Shown here: piece after piece, positions 61,881-64,000 of the stretch | Numbering within the stretch: the stretch's first letter is position 1 | Layout of the letters: each line of letters begins with the position of its first letter | Source of the DNA: Squalus acanthias | Lineage: Eukaryota | Reading direction: 5' to 3' | DNA length: 64,000 bases | NCBI GenBank assembly: GCA_030390025.1 | Contig: CM059432.1 | Coordinates: 66,838,001-66,902,000, forward strand | The notes under the pieces: model-generated | What the model was told of the DNA's origin: nothing | Databases searched by the model: none | Seen by the model: the letters and a program-made list of their open reading frames with translations, nothing else | Position numbers and translations under genes: made by a program

Positions 61881-64000
61881 AAGAACATAAGAACATAAGA
61901 AATAGGAGCAGGAGTCGGCCATTTGGCCCCTCGAGCCTGCTCCACCATTCAATAAGATCATGGCTGATCTACTACCTCAACTCTACCTTCCTACCCGATC
62001 CCCATATTCCTTGATTCCCTTAATATCCAAAAATCTATCGATCTCTGTCTTGAATATACTCAATGACTGAGCCTCCACAGCGCTCTGGGGTAGAGAATTC
62101 CAAAGATTCACCACCCTCTGAGTGAAGAAATGTCGTCTGCATCTCAGTCCTAAATGGCCGACCCCTTATTCTGAGACTGTGACCCCTGGTTCTAGACTCC
62201 CTAGCCAGGGGAAACATCCTCCCTGCTTCTACCCTGTCAAGCCCTGTAAGAATTTTGTATGTTTCAATGAGCTCACCTCTCATTCTTCTAAACTCTAGAG
62301 AATATAGGCCTAGTCTACTCAATCTCTCCTCATAAGACAATCCCCGTATCCCAGGAACCAGTCTGGTGAACCTTTGTTGCACTCCCTCTATGGCAAGTAT
62401 ATCCTTCCTTAGATAAGGAGACCAAAACTGTACACAATACTCCAGGTGTGGTCTCACCAGCGCCCTGTATAATTGCAGTAAGACATCTTTACTCTTATAC
62501 TCAATCCTCTTGTAATAAAGGCCATCATACCATTTGCTTTCCTAATTGCTTGCTATACCTGCATGTTAACTTTCAGTGATTCGTGTACAAGGACACCCAA
62601 GTCTCTCTGAACACCAACATTTCCCAATCACCCACCATTTAAAAAATACTCTGATTTTCTATTTTTCCTACCAAAGTGGATAACTTCACATTTCTCCACA
62701 TTATATTCCATTTGCCATGTTCTTGCCCACTCACTTAGCCTGTCTATATCCCCTTGAAGCCTCTTTGCATCCTCCTCACAACTTACATTCCCACCCAGCT
62801 TTGTATCATCAGCAAACTTGGATATATTACATTTGGTCCTCTCATCCAAATCATTGATATAGATTGTGAATAGCTGAGGCCCAAGCACTGATCCTTGCGG
62901 TACCCCACTAGTTACAGCCTGCCAACCCGAAAATGACCCACATATTCCTACTCTCTGTTTTCTGTCCGTCAACCAATCCTCAATCCATGCTAGTAAATTA
63001 TCCCCAATCCCATGAGCCCTAATTTTGTTTAATAACCTCTTGTGTGGCACCTTATTGAATGCCTTCTAAAAATCCAAATACATCACATCTACTGGTTGCC
63101 CCTTATCTATTCTGCTAGTTACAACCTCAAAAAACTCTAACAGATTTGTCAAACATGATTTCCCTTTCATAAATCCATGTTGACTCTGCCCAATCCTATT
63201 ATTATTTTCTAAGTGCCCTGTTACTACATCCTTAATAATGGATTCTAGCATTTTCCCTACTATTGATGTCAGGCTAACTGGTCTGTAGTTCCCCGTTATC
63301 TCTCTCTCTCATTTCTTAAATAGTGGGATTACATTTGCTGCCTTCCAATCTGTGGGAACCACTCTAGAATCTATGGAATTTTGGAAGATGACAACCAATG
63401 CATCCACTATCTCTATAGCCACCTCTTTCAAAACTCTAGGATTTAGGCCATCAGGTCCAGGGGATTTATCGGCTTTCAGTCCCATTAATTTCTCCAGTAC
63501 TATTTTTTTACTAATACTAATTTCTTTCAGTTCCTCGTTCTCGCTAGGGCCTTGGTTCTCGCGCCTTCTTCCGTGAAGACAGACACAAAGTATTTGTTTA
63601 ATTTCTCTGCCATTTCCTTATTCCCCATTATAATTTATCTTGTCTCAGCCTGTAAGGGACCCACATTTACTTTCGCTAATCTTTTCCTTTTTACATACTT
63701 ATACAGCCTGTTTTTATGTCTCTAGCTAGTTTACTCTCATATTCTATTTTCTCTTTATCAATTTCTTGGTCCTCCTTTGCTAAATTCTAAAATTGTCCCA
63801 ATCCTCAGGCTTACTACTCTTTTTAGCCTCTTCATTTGATCTAGTACTATCTTTAACTTCTCTTGTTAGCCACGGTTGGACCACTTTTCCTGTGGGGTTT
63901 TTGTGCCTTAAGGAATGTATATTTATCGTAAATTATGTATTAATTCTTTAAATGCTAGCCATTGCTTGTCTACCATCATACCTTTTAATGTAGTTTCCCA
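61880..64000 (-). mobile_element. CR1 LINE running off the window end
   Basis: ORFs 62035-62457, 62628-63050, 63066-63251 with CR1 RT motifs; (taagaaca)n tail at 61880. Confidence 0.95.

Overview
Repeat-dense vertebrate DNA, most likely a cartilaginous fish (inferred from the CR1, Penelope, Deu-domain SINE and Harbinger content). The only host gene I can support is ALKAL1 (ALK/LTK ligand, FAM150A-like) on the minus strand: coding exons at 14887-14629, 6366-6313 and 4871-4791, with the last coding exon apparently left of the window. The rest is mostly transposable elements. The centrepiece is a ~9.9 kb minus-strand LTR element (28731-38672) with retrovirus-like features: perfect tRNA-Pro PBS, coiled-coil plus CCHC Gag, in-frame TGA between gag and pro, YVDD RT, a degenerate RNase H followed by a second retroviral-type RNase H, and integrase. 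It has no full env. In that position, once a Penelope insertion is removed, there is a splice acceptor followed by an intact 79-aa single-pass membrane ORF with a polybasic tail (FAST-like micro-fusogen or env stub). The element sits inside a Harbinger transposon that sits in a CR1 tail. It carries two Penelope insertions with hammerhead ribozyme motifs, one of which captured neighbouring DNA from ~1 kb away. All coordinates were read by eye; TE boundaries are approximate unless a TSD is quoted.
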